Positions 1-8,896 of a DNA stretch of 64,000 nucleotides are shown one piece after another. Positions within the stretch are counted from its first letter, which is position 1. Each line of letters opens with the position of its first letter. Below the pieces are notes generated by a model. The model saw nothing but the letters and a program-made list of their open reading frames with translations. It made no database searches and was not told the origin of the DNA. A program made the translations under genes and the position numbers. The stretch spans positions 1 to 64,000 of the IMG/VR virus record IMGVR_UViG_3300047673_000554; one strand, 5' to 3'. The DNA is from a virus.

Positions 1-216
1 ATGCCAAGTGAGTATTCGCTATCGGACGTGCTGGAAAGGATTTACCACAATCAGTTGGCCTTGGAGGCCGCTTTGATGGAGTTGACGCTCCAAGCCGAGA
101 AGCAGGGATTAACCGAGGTTGGCGACAATGTCCGCGGAGCACTGGACACCATTAGCGAGAACGCAGGCCATATCAAACAGGGGCTTGCACGACTGAAAGG
201 ATTGGGCCTCCTTTGA
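1..216 (+). CDS. Small conserved helical hypothetical protein (copy 1 of 3)
   Basis: 71 aa MPSEYSLSDVLERIYHNQLALEAA...GHIKQGLARL; close copies at 4085 and 46971. Confidence 0.75.
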   Translation: MPSEYSLSDVLERIYHNQLALEAALMELTLQAEKQGLTEVGDNVRGALDTISENAGHIKQGLARLKGLGLL

Positions 217-218
217 CA

Positions 219-243
219 GGCAGTTATCGGCCAAGAGCGGTCA
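219..243. repeat. Imperfect ~25-bp dyad site (cassette-flanking repeat A)
   Basis: GGCAGTTATCGGCCAAGAGCGGTCA; related sites at 1595/1772, 3870, 47247, 48087. Confidence 0.6.
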
Positions 244-404
244 ATCCACACAGGAACACGCCAAGCAGTCACAGGAAAAACTCCTGTAATGGCTCGCGTT
301 ACCCTTAGAGCTTTCGCAGTGGACGTCCACCATCAGTGGATGACTTAATGCTTAAGCCTAGCTATGTTTCGGGGTATCTTTAATCCGACTGCTAAGGAAT
401 TCGT

Positions 405-1373
405 ATGGCCTCATCAAAACCTGCATTCTTCTTTTCCGCGACTCAGAGCGTCGATGATCGACTCGGCGCTGCGTTCACGTTCATCTGGGCTAATTACGCA
501 GGTTTAAGAGAGTTTTGGTGGCAAGTCAGAGGTTTTAAAGAGCAATTTCCAGAGTTACACATAAAAGAAGTTGAGAAAAAGTTTTTATCGGGCCTGCCAA
601 TGCCGGGCGGGATCGACTTTAAAAAAGCTTTTTTGAACTCTGACTGGGCAGCTCATGAGCAAGAGTTTTCTAAGTGGCTCATTTTTGAATGTTGCACACT
701 ATATGAAGGCTGGGCCGAAAAAGTCTGCCATGACTTATTCTCTAAAAGCAAAAGGGACTCACATGCGAAGAGCCTTCAGTTCCCATTTGTGGATGCTGCC
801 AATCCTGGGTATAAATCAGTAATAACTGATGCCAATAGTCAGATCTCCACGTTCATGAAGCAAGAGCTACTGCCTACCCTTAAGACATCAAAGCTAAACT
901 GCTGGGATCAGATGGATGCGCACCTAACTGCATACAGTTACTTTAAAAAATGCCGTAATTCGATAATTCACTCTGATGGTCTATGCACCCAGTCGATACT
1001 GGACTTGCAGGTAAAAATTGCTCTTGAACAGAGCAAACAACCGTCACCATTCAAAAATAATTTTTCGCTTCCTGTGCAAGTGCTCAATCAAAAAATCACT
1101 TTTGATTTACGGGACTGCATACTATTTGGAACAATCGCTCGAAAACTAATTTGCACCCTTGATGCTGCGTTGAGTGTGGCATCAAAAAGCGAAGTGGTAA
1201 TGGAGAATAGACTTCGCAGTTTATCGAGTAAAAATGACAAGTGGAAAAATCTTCCTTCTGACCCATTAAGATATGAGCAACGCATTCATCGTATGCTCAG
1301 CGCTGCCAAAATTCCTGAACCTCAGAACCTTGTAAACTTCATTGGATGGATGAAAGGCAAAAAGCTAATTTAG
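405..1373 (+). CDS. Putative HEPN-domain protein (candidate RNase/defence effector)
   Basis: 322 aa, AT-rich, Rx4H motif RNSIIH plus upstream LYEGW helix typical of HEPN. Confidence 0.55.
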   Translation: MASSKPAFFFSATQSVDDRLGAAFTFIWANYAGLREFWWQVRGFKEQFPELHIKEVEKKFLSGLPMPGGIDFKKAFLNSDWAAHEQEFSKWLIFECCTLYEGWAEKVCHDLFSKSKRDSHAKSLQFPFVDAANPGYKSVITDANSQISTFMKQELLPTLKTSKLNCWDQMDAHLTAYSYFKKCRNSIIHSDGLCTQSILDLQVKIALEQSKQPSPFKNNFSLPVQVLNQKITFDLRDCILFGTIARKLICTLDAALSVASKSEVVMENRLRSLSSKNDKWKNLPSDPLRYEQRIHRMLSAAKIPEPQNLVNFIGWMKGKKLI

Positions 1374-1531
1374 ACTATGGCACTCACACAATGAGACGTA
1401 CGAAGGCCTCACTCACCTATCGCAGGACGAAGCTTGCGGGGGTGTCAGCTGCTGCTCGGCCAGCACGTTTCAATATTTGGGGATCAAGGTCGATGACGCC
1501 CTGGGGATGGCGTAACAAAATTGTGGTCTAA
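1374..1531 (+). pseudogene. C-terminal relic of a small tyrosine recombinase
   Basis: YGTHTMRRTKASLTYRRTK, then frameshifted QLLLG and YLGIKVDDALGMA, matching the HxxR...H...Y end of phage-integrase-family proteins. Confidence 0.75.
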
Positions 1532-1604
1532 CCATGCATACCGACGGTCGAAGTCAGGCCGTCGCTAAGCGGCCGTCAGCCGCCGTACGCAAGCGACAGC
1601 TTTC

Positions 1605-1777
1605 GGCCAATCGTGTTGAAAAAAAGCGGTTCTTTCAAACCGCCCACACACTGACCGCTGAAAATGCTTTTTTTGCGCGCCGCTACCGTAATACTCTACT
1701 CAAAGTATAGATTTCAATCTCAATCGCCTAATTTTGTGCAGTGAAAACCATGGCCTACTTTTTCAACACAATCGGCC
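1605..1777. mobile_element. MITE-like element with 19-bp terminal inverted repeats, inside dyad site B
   Basis: GGCCAATCGTGTTGAAAAA (1605-1623) / TTTTTCAACACAATCGGCC (1759-1777), 17/19 complementary, no ORF. Confidence 0.55.
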
Positions 1778-1952
1778 ATAAGCAGTCAGTCGGAAAGCCG
1801 CCAAAGCTGTATGCTTCCTGACAGTTCGGCAGTCGACAAGGACGCGGCCTTTATGTCAGACCGGCTCAAAGCCCGGTCTCATGCTGCATAATTGATCACC
1901 AGCATTTTCAACACAGAAATCACGAACGCTCAAATTTTAAGGGACTAAAGCC

Positions 1953-3653
1953 ATGCTCAAAGCCGATAAAATACTCGATGAAATAATATTTGTGCTCTCA
2001 ACTTTTGAAAGCTATATCAAGTATAGGTCCAAGCTTAGTCTAACCGACGCCAATATCTCTGCTGAGAGTTTGGTTGCAGATTTGTTGAACGCACTGCACG
2101 GCTGGGACTTGCGCAATACCAACGCCGCAACCAGTAATTATCCGTGTATTGACTTAATCGACGAAAAAAAGAGAATCGGCGTACAAGTAACCGCCACAAC
2201 CACGCTAAAAAAAATAAAGAGTACAATTGATTGCGTAGATTGCCATGAATTTCATTCTAAAATCGATAGATTGATCATCTTCATGCTCCTCTCTCGACAA
2301 TCGGACTATTCTGTTTCGCCTCCAAAGAATATAAAATTCAGCAAGACCGATGATATTATTGATTTTCACACAGTCATCAGATATGCAAAATATTCAGTCG
2401 GTAGTCTGGAGGCGCTCAGCAATATCAGGGCAGTTCTCAGGAATCATATCTCTAGTCGTGTCCCCTACTTCAATAACGAAGTCGAGAATTTGATTATGGT
2501 CGACATGGAGCAACGCTCTACAAGTCTTCCAAAATCCAGCACACAGCTGGAAATTTTCAACTTAATAAAAGGCAATCAGAAAGAGTTGGCGAGGGTTCGA
2601 CTGGATGATTGGGCAAAACAAATATATGCCAATGCATCAGCAGAAATATACAACTTGGCAGAGCTTTACACTCTGGTAAACCCTGTGGAAGCCGAGCTTC
2701 ATTACCAGAGGGCCATTGAGTTGAACCCTGGCAATGTCAAGCATGCAAATATTCATGGTCTGAACCTCATGAAAATTGGGAAGCTGGACGAAGCCGAAAA
2801 ACTATTCAAGGCCTGCCTGACCTCTGCTGATTTATCGCCTACAGAAAAAGAGCATATTTTGGGCAATTTGGGGATACTGTGCAAAAACCGAGCGCGCTGG
2901 CCCGAGGCAATTGATTATCTCACACAAGCCTTGGCGTTCCCTCGGCCTATGATTAATCTGGAAATGGTCAACCACCTAAATAATCTTGCAAGCTGTTACA
3001 ATAATATTGCTAATTACGAAGATTCAGAAATACTTCTCGATGAGGCCTATTCTTTGATTAACGTGCTTATCGAGGAAGAAGATGATCTTGATCGCAAAAG
3101 TATGTTGAAGCTCAAAAAAAGCAATATTCTGACCAATATATCAATCCGTCTCAGGCACAAAGCGAACAGGGATAACGATGAAACCCTACTTTTAAAAGCA
3201 ACCGCCGTAGTTAAGGAAGCGATTGATATTGCTGAGCTACTGAAAGAAAAAACAGAATTGACGCGTCACTACGGAAACCTGTCAAATATTTACAGCCAGA
3301 GGAAAAACTATGAAAGAGCAAGGAGCTTTCTGGAGAAATCGTTAGCTCTTGCCGTGGAAAACCAAGATCATCGCTCAGAGGTCGCGAACCTAGTCAATCT
3401 TGGTTTGCTGCAGATAAATGAACAACTGCTCCCCGACGCTGAACGCACTCTTCAGCATGGGCTCAAAAAAGAAAATAACCAGTACCCTCATTTTCGCGCC
3501 CATCTTTATGCAAACCTGGCTGTTGTGAATAAGTTAATGAAGAAGCATGTAGAATCAGCGCTTTTTTTCTCGGAAGCAGAACAACTTTATATTAAACACA
3601 ATATGCAGTCTCACCTGAAAGAGTTAAACAATAGATTTCTGGAATTGAGATGA
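1953..3653 (+). CDS. SMEK-domain (nuclease-like) + TPR-repeat protein
   Basis: N-term NISAE...NYPCIDLIDEKKRIGVQVTAT fits SMEK; repeated LGNLG/LNNLA/YGNLS/LVNLG TPR helices. Confidence 0.75.
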   Translation: MLKADKILDEIIFVLSTFESYIKYRSKLSLTDANISAESLVADLLNALHGWDLRNTNAATSNYPCIDLIDEKKRIGVQVTATTTLKKIKSTIDCVDCHEFHSKIDRLIIFMLLSRQSDYSVSPPKNIKFSKTDDIIDFHTVIRYAKYSVGSLEALSNIRAVLRNHISSRVPYFNNEVENLIMVDMEQRSTSLPKSSTQLEIFNLIKGNQKELARVRLDDWAKQIYANASAEIYNLAELYTLVNPVEAELHYQRAIELNPGNVKHANIHGLNLMKIGKLDEAEKLFKACLTSADLSPTEKEHILGNLGILCKNRARWPEAIDYLTQALAFPRPMINLEMVNHLNNLASCYNNIANYEDSEILLDEAYSLINVLIEEEDDLDRKSMLKLKKSNILTNISIRLRHKANRDNDETLLLKATAVVKEAIDIAELLKEKTELTRHYGNLSNIYSQRKNYERARSFLEKSLALAVENQDHRSEVANLVNLGLLQINEQLLPDAERTLQHGLKKENNQYPHFRAHLYANLAVVNKLMKKHVESALFFSEAEQLYIKHNMQSHLKELNNRFLELR

Positions 3654-3869
3654 CCATCGAGCACTGCAAGCAAAATTTCTTTCTGATCCTAAATAACCGA
3701 ATCAAAGCTAACCATCTGCTCCTGTGGCTCAAGTTATACAGGACGGAGCCTGTCGGCGATCAGTGCTGGTGACGCCGCAGTACCGGCGTCCAGGCTGAGC
3801 GATGCGTTCAAACATATCCGTTTGGAGCTGACCTGGCTGCTTTGGGCTCATATTCTGCGAGGATTCAAA

Positions 3870-3893
3870 AGCAGCTTTGGGTCGACTGCTGCC
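3870..3893. repeat. Dyad site D
   Basis: AGCAGCTTTGGGTCGACTGCTGCC; reverse complement aligns with site A. Confidence 0.5.
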
Positions 3894-3925
3894 GGTGACG
3901 ACCTAGAGTCGTGAGCTTTTTTCAG

Positions 3926-3939
3926 TGATGGATTGGGCG
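3926..3939 (+). repeat. att core, left end of prophage 1
   Basis: TGATGGATTGGGCG identical to 43965-43978; downstream TGTCGCAATTTCTAAGCAA resembles TGTAGCAAATTTTAAGCAA near 44096. Confidence 0.75.
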
Positions 3940-4084
3940 TAGCTCTGCGTCTCCCCCCTAGCCAGACGGGATAACCCACCACAACCTCTTCGCTTTGTCG
4001 CAATTTCTAAGCAAGCCGTAATAACTGCCTGACAGGGGCACTGCCGGTAATATGCTTGTATTTTTCTTGAAAGGAGTCGACACC

Positions 4085-4305
4085 ATGCCTGGTGATTATT
4101 CGCTATCGGATGTGCTGGAGAGGATCTACCACAACCAGTTGGCCATGGAGGCGCCGTGATGGAGCTGACGCTGCAGGCTGAACAGCAGGGTTCATCTGAG
4201 ACGGGCGGAAATGTCAGGGGAGCGCTGCAAACGATTGGTGAAAACGCAGGCCACATCAAGCAGGGCCTGGTCCGCATCAGGAGATTGGACATCGGCTACC
4301 GCTGA
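4085..4305 (+). pseudogene. Frameshifted copy 2 of the small hypothetical protein
   Basis: MPGDYSLSDVLERIYHNQLAME, then a 1-bp deletion (GAGGCGCCGTGA); homology resumes in another frame; same GAAAGGAGTCG RBS as copy 3. Confidence 0.75.
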
Positions 4306-4540
4306 GCTGGATGAGGCATGCAGGTAACACGCCGAAGCGAATAATGTAGGAGTGTTCCTAGGTTCTACAAGAAAGGAGCGGGTTACTTTCAAAATCCATG
4401 TCTTTGCCAATGGATTGGTTCCTACAGAGCCAAGCTGAAAACCCAGAAACGATTAAATTTCTGGGCCCCTCCAAAAACGGCTGGTTTTCGCTTACGATGG
4501 CATAAATACAGCTAGAATTATTTTAGATAGAGGGGCAAAA

Positions 4541-5680
4541 ATGTTCGAGGTTTTCTCAGTAGACTATGACTCCAGACTAAGTGCTTTTTGTGTAAACTGC
4601 CGGTGCACTTACCAAACATTTTTGCAAATCACTGAAGGTGCGGAATTAAATCTTGCCATACAACGAAACATCATTGGCGGAACGAAAACCTACAGAACAC
4701 TTCGTGCGGATTTAAAGCGTGGATGCATTCTCCCTCCAATCGTACTAGCACTAGACAAACAAGTCCTAACACAAAGGATAATAAACAGAGGCTCTGTCAC
4801 ACCTTCCGAAATATCTTTACTTGGTGAAAAGCTTTCAGCATCGATAGATCAGTGCGAAGTTTACATTATTGATGGATTACAGCGCACTAACGCAATGAGA
4901 ACTGCGGCTAAAGAACTTGAAAATGAATCCGAAGAAGATCTAGGCCAGTATCTTGAGCGTAAAATTCGCCTTGAAATATGGGTAGGTATTTCATTCGGGG
5001 CGATTGCATACCGAATGCTACTTTTAAACGCTGGTCAAAAACCAATGTCTATCAAGCACCAGGTAGAGATTCTTAGCTTCAAACTGAGAGACGATCTAGC
5101 ATCCATTGAAGGCATTGATATTTTCACGTCCAAAGAAAAACGACGTCGTAGGCAGCCAGGACAATTCCATCTATCTGTACTTGCTCAGTCATTTCAGGCA
5201 TGGATTCAAAGACAGCCTAACATTGACATGACCAATACTGTAATGGAGGAACTTTTGGCAGAGTCCGCCATTGAGACTCTCGGCGCAGCACTTTCAACTC
5301 GCGAATCCGACGACGCATTTAAAGATCTGATTCGCTGGATAGTGGATACTGACCAAAAACTAGGCGTAGATTACTTAGAGTTTTTTGGAAATGATACAGT
5401 CATGCTCGGCCTAAGTGCCGCTGTTGGAGAGTTCGGGGCTGACGAAGATTTAAGACATGACATGATGACAGCATTAGAAACATTAACCAAACGATTAAAC
5501 TCTGAGGGCCCCTCTGCAATAGGCATCGAACTATTTAACAAACTTAGACGCGGAATTGACTCTAAGAAGTTCAACGTAGGTGCTGCCACAAGAGATATGG
5601 TATCCAAAGCATTTGAACAATTTTTTTACTCTGGAGGAAGAAAAACCATGGATCGGTGCTGGCAACTGGCGAGTAAGTAA
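4541..5680 (+). CDS. DUF262/ParB-Srx-like protein
   Basis: IQR, LPPIVL, IIDGLQRT and LNAGQKPM motifs. Confidence 0.65.
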   Translation: MFEVFSVDYDSRLSAFCVNCRCTYQTFLQITEGAELNLAIQRNIIGGTKTYRTLRADLKRGCILPPIVLALDKQVLTQRIINRGSVTPSEISLLGEKLSASIDQCEVYIIDGLQRTNAMRTAAKELENESEEDLGQYLERKIRLEIWVGISFGAIAYRMLLLNAGQKPMSIKHQVEILSFKLRDDLASIEGIDIFTSKEKRRRRQPGQFHLSVLAQSFQAWIQRQPNIDMTNTVMEELLAESAIETLGAALSTRESDDAFKDLIRWIVDTDQKLGVDYLEFFGNDTVMLGLSAAVGEFGADEDLRHDMMTALETLTKRLNSEGPSAIGIELFNKLRRGIDSKKFNVGAATRDMVSKAFEQFFYSGGRKTMDRCWQLASK

Positions 5681-5681
5681 A

Positions 5682-6755
5682 ATGGCTTACTCCGAAAAAT
5701 TCTTAGACTTTCTTGAATTACCCGCCGATACCGACTTGGAGGCCTTCAGCAACCGTCTCGAAGAAATAATCCCTGAAACACCGCTTAGCGGATTGATAAG
5801 CAACCAAACAAAACAAACTCTCATAGACAACTTTGACACTACTCTAAATTTCACGACAAAAACTACTATCCCCAACACTACCTTTTCAAATAGCTCTGCA
5901 TATCACGAAATACACTCATCGATAAATGACACATTGATATGCCGCGTCTTGGAGCTTCATAAAATTAGTAGCTTTTCTGCGCTCGCATCTGACGGCGAAC
6001 GGTTGCTTTTATTATTTATCGCGCAAGAAGGTTTCACTGACTTTCCTTTTCTAGCGCCCTCAGGCCCAGGAAACACACTTCCTTTCCAAAACTCAAACTT
6101 CAATGTAATTTTTGAGTGGGCCGACCAAAGCGCGAAAGAAACGGATTTAATCTCGTCAATATATGCCCCTTCATTCACACCATTAGTTGCGCACACCGAC
6201 TACAACACTCATGCAACCGTATCTTTAAACCCAAATGGGTTTTATACAAAATTAGAAGATTTTTCGATATTAAACGAAGCCGTATCAGAATCGAGAATCA
6301 AATGGAGGTTTCTTCTTCTATATCGCATCCTGGAACATGGATACATAAGAAACTTATTAGAGCTAATACAACAGAATATTTTCTTTAAGCCCAAAGACAC
6401 TCTAACAAAAGCGACAGAGACCTTAACAAACGAATATTCACAACTTACAAATCTAATCGAACAAAACGGATTGATTCCTATCTTTGACAAAATACAAAGA
6501 ACGACTCACCACACAACAAATCTTTATCTTGGCGCTATCAAAGAAAAACTTGAACAAGATTCGAGAGCAAAAAATGGCAAACCGTTTCAAAAGGGTGCTT
6601 ACATAATATATCAAATCAGATGCAGCATCGTGCACGCCGGTGAAATGTCAATATTTTATGACAAGTACCCTGATGCTGAGTCAGGGCTGCACGAACTTTA
6701 CGATCTATTCGACAACGCCGTATTTAAATACTTAGGCATCGAATACAAAAAATAA
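5682..6755 (+). CDS. C-terminal HEPN (ApeA/MauJ-like) protein
   Basis: FLLLYRILE and YQIRCSIVHAG (Rx4H); ATG lies 1 nt after the upstream stop. Confidence 0.6.
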   Translation: MAYSEKFLDFLELPADTDLEAFSNRLEEIIPETPLSGLISNQTKQTLIDNFDTTLNFTTKTTIPNTTFSNSSAYHEIHSSINDTLICRVLELHKISSFSALASDGERLLLLFIAQEGFTDFPFLAPSGPGNTLPFQNSNFNVIFEWADQSAKETDLISSIYAPSFTPLVAHTDYNTHATVSLNPNGFYTKLEDFSILNEAVSESRIKWRFLLLYRILEHGYIRNLLELIQQNIFFKPKDTLTKATETLTNEYSQLTNLIEQNGLIPIFDKIQRTTHHTTNLYLGAIKEKLEQDSRAKNGKPFQKGAYIIYQIRCSIVHAGEMSIFYDKYPDAESGLHELYDLFDNAVFKYLGIEYKK

Positions 6756-6762
6756 AAACAAT

Positions 6763-6796
6763 ATGGGCAAGACGACCTATGTCTTGCCCATTTTTC
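6763..6796. terminator. Intrinsic terminator between convergent genes
   Basis: ATGGGCAAGAC-loop-GTCTTGCCCAT followed by a T run. Confidence 0.7.
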
Positions 6797-6800
6797 TCTA

Positions 6801-7601
6801 TTATTGGCTAAAAAGTCCTCCGAAAGCATTCGGCTCCCAATTCATGATCACCAGTTCACCACTCACCTCGGCCTTACCCTGCCGCTGGTTGGTGTTGCAG
6901 TAACGAATGTCCAGCGTCTCGAAATGGAAGCCCTCGAACACTCGGCGAATGTCCGGATGGTCGTTGATACTGACCATCACCTTGCCCTTGCAGCGGCGCA
7001 TGAAGTCGGCCATCCGCTCGTAGTTCTCGAACGGAAAGTCCACGCCGTAACCGGCGGTTTGCCAGTAAGGCGGATCCATATAGTGGAAGGTATGGGGACG
7101 GTCGTAGCGCTCGGCGCACTCAAGCCAGGGCAGGTGTTCGACATAGGTGCCGGACAGGCGCTGCCACGCAGCCGAGAGGTTTTCCTCGATCCGTAACAGG
7201 TTGATCGCCGGGCCGGTGGTGGCGGTACCGAACGTTTGCCCGGTGACCTTGCCGGCGAAGGCATGGTGCTGAAGATAGAAAAATCGCGCGGCGCGCTGAA
7301 TGTCGGTGAGGGTTTCGGGGCGGGTCATCTTCTGCCACTTGAACACCTGGCGCGAACTGAGCGCCCATTTGAACTGGCGAACGAATTCTTCCAGGTGGTT
7401 CTGCACGACGCGGTACAGCGTCACCAGGTCGCCGTTGATGTCATTGAGGACTTCAACCGGCGCGGCCTGAGGTCGCATGAAGTAAAGCGCGGCACCGCCG
7501 GCAAAGACTTCGACGTAGCATTCGTGAGGCGGAAAAAGCGGGATGAGGCGATCGGCCAGGCGGCGTTTGCCGCCCATCCAAGGGATGATGGGTGTAGACA
7601 T
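6801..7601 (-). CDS. DNA adenine methyltransferase (D12/Dam-like)
   Basis: WMGGKRRL, EVFAGGAA, NDING and DPPY motifs. Confidence 0.9.
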   Translation of the reverse strand: MSTPIIPWMGGKRRLADRLIPLFPPHECYVEVFAGGAALYFMRPQAAPVEVLNDINGDLVTLYRVVQNHLEEFVRQFKWALSSRQVFKWQKMTRPETLTDIQRAARFFYLQHHAFAGKVTGQTFGTATTGPAINLLRIEENLSAAWQRLSGTYVEHLPWLECAERYDRPHTFHYMDPPYWQTAGYGVDFPFENYERMADFMRRCKGKVMVSINDHPDIRRVFEGFHFETLDIRYCNTNQRQGKAEVSGELVIMNWEPNAFGGLFSQ

Positions 7602-7618
7602 AGAGAGCAAGACCTTTA

Positions 7619-7634
7619 CTGTATGGATAAACAG
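7619..7634. promoter_or_regulatory. LexA SOS box upstream of the methyltransferase
   Basis: CTGTATGGATAAACAG = CTGT-N8-ACAG, 17 bp upstream of the ATG. Confidence 0.7.
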
Positions 7635-7750
7635 GTGCTAGGCTCGCCGCGCTTCGTGCACGGAGTAAGAGCCTTGGCTGGACTTGCAGGGACCATCTGC
7701 AGGGACGGCGGTCGGGTGGGATGTTGACGCATCCCACCCGGCCGCTCTTT

Positions 7751-8293
7751 TCACTTCGGTGCTGAGACTTCTTTGACGTAGGCCTGACAGGCCGCTAGGG
7801 CGATCAGCCCTTGGTCGCCGGCATTGGTGATGCCGATAATTCGTTGAGCATGCGTTGGGTCAAGTTGGGCTCTTGTGGCTCCATGAACCACGCCGCCGGC
7901 GGTGGTGCTGGCTGGCACTGAGTCACCGCCGACAACAGCGGTGGCGTCGAGTAGGACTGACAGGCGCAGATCAGCAGTGGCAAGGCGGTCGCGCAGGCGA
8001 CCTTGATCACGTTGGGCATCGCTCAGGACTCGGTAATGGGTTTGTTCACTGGCGGAGAGCCGTTGCTCCAGCGCCAGGCGCTTGTCCTGCTCGGCTTGTT
8101 GCTGGGTCGCGGCCGCCAGCGTCTGTTGATTGAGGATTTCAGCCTGCCGGCGGGCTTGCTTCTCCAGCTGCTGGCCGTAGCGCCAGTCCTGGACCTGCCA
8201 CGCTAACGCAGCGGATCCTCCTACCAAGGCGACCAACAGGACACCGCTGGCCAGCAGCCGATACGGCGCCGGGATCAGGTCGACGAGACGCAT
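7751..8293 (-). CDS. i-spanin (Rz)
   Basis: N-terminal TM, coiled coil, downstream of endolysin. Confidence 0.85.
   Translation of the reverse strand: MRLVDLIPAPYRLLASGVLLVALVGGSAALAWQVQDWRYGQQLEKQARRQAEILNQQTLAAATQQQAEQDKRLALEQRLSASEQTHYRVLSDAQRDQGRLRDRLATADLRLSVLLDATAVVGGDSVPASTTAGGVVHGATRAQLDPTHAQRIIGITNAGDQGLIALAACQAYVKEVSAPK
7804..8019 (-). CDS. o-spanin (Rz1) lipoprotein embedded in Rz
   Basis: Lipobox LLICAC, Pro-rich PAPPPAAWFM. Confidence 0.7.
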   Translation of the reverse strand: MPNVIKVACATALPLLICACQSYSTPPLLSAVTQCQPAPPPAAWFMEPQEPNLTQRMLNELSASPMPATKG

Positions 8294-8838
8294 AGCACCG
8301 CCCTCGCCCGCTCCCACAGTTGCAATCGATCCGTCAGGCCATTGAGGCCGCCGTTGATCTTGCGGGTGATCGCTTCGAACTCATCCTCATCGGCCAGCAC
8401 GTTCAGCTCGCGTACCCACCAGAACCACGCGGCAGACTCGGCAGCCCATTGCGGCAATTCCAGCAGCTCAGGTGTGCGCAGCAGTCGCTCATCGCCAAAC
8501 AACGCCAAGCTGCAGCGCAGGTAATTGTTGCGGCCGGTGATCTGGATCAAACCGCGACCGCGATAGCGCTGGCCATCCCCGTCCGCTTCCGGCGTGTTGC
8601 CCAGTTTCGCCGCCAGATTGCCGGTGTCGTACTTGCTCAGGTACTGCTCACCACCCAGTTCACGGACATACTGCAGCTGACCCGACTCATGGCCCACTTG
8701 CGCCAGGAACGCCGCTTGCCGCTTCGGGGTAGTAATTTGCCGGTGCGCCATGGCGGCATTGAGGGCGGATACAAAAACGCCCGCTTGGCGGCGGGCGTTG
8801 GGCATGATGCGTTGCAGTTGTTGTTCGGTAATGGCCAT
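8275..8838 (-). CDS. GH19 chitinase-like endolysin
   Basis: FLAQVGHESG, YRGRGLIQITGRNNY, TRKINGG. Confidence 0.92.
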   Translation of the reverse strand: MAITEQQLQRIMPNARRQAGVFVSALNAAMAHRQITTPKRQAAFLAQVGHESGQLQYVRELGGEQYLSKYDTGNLAAKLGNTPEADGDGQRYRGRGLIQITGRNNYLRCSLALFGDERLLRTPELLELPQWAAESAAWFWWVRELNVLADEDEFEAITRKINGGLNGLTDRLQLWERARAVLCVSST

Positions 8839-8896
8839 ACAAACTCCAGGCATAAAAAAACCGCACACGGCGGATTAGGGATGCGCAACAGCGCGG

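Noticed and set aside
5580-5681. Extended N-terminus of the HEPN gene in the ORF track
   Set aside because: Overlaps the upstream gene; ATG 5682 directly after the stop is more plausible.
6801-7601. Methyltransferase as part of a restriction-modification system with the adjacent cargo
   Set aside because: It is convergent, GC-rich and phage-like with its own SOS box, whereas the cargo is AT-rich and separately terminated.
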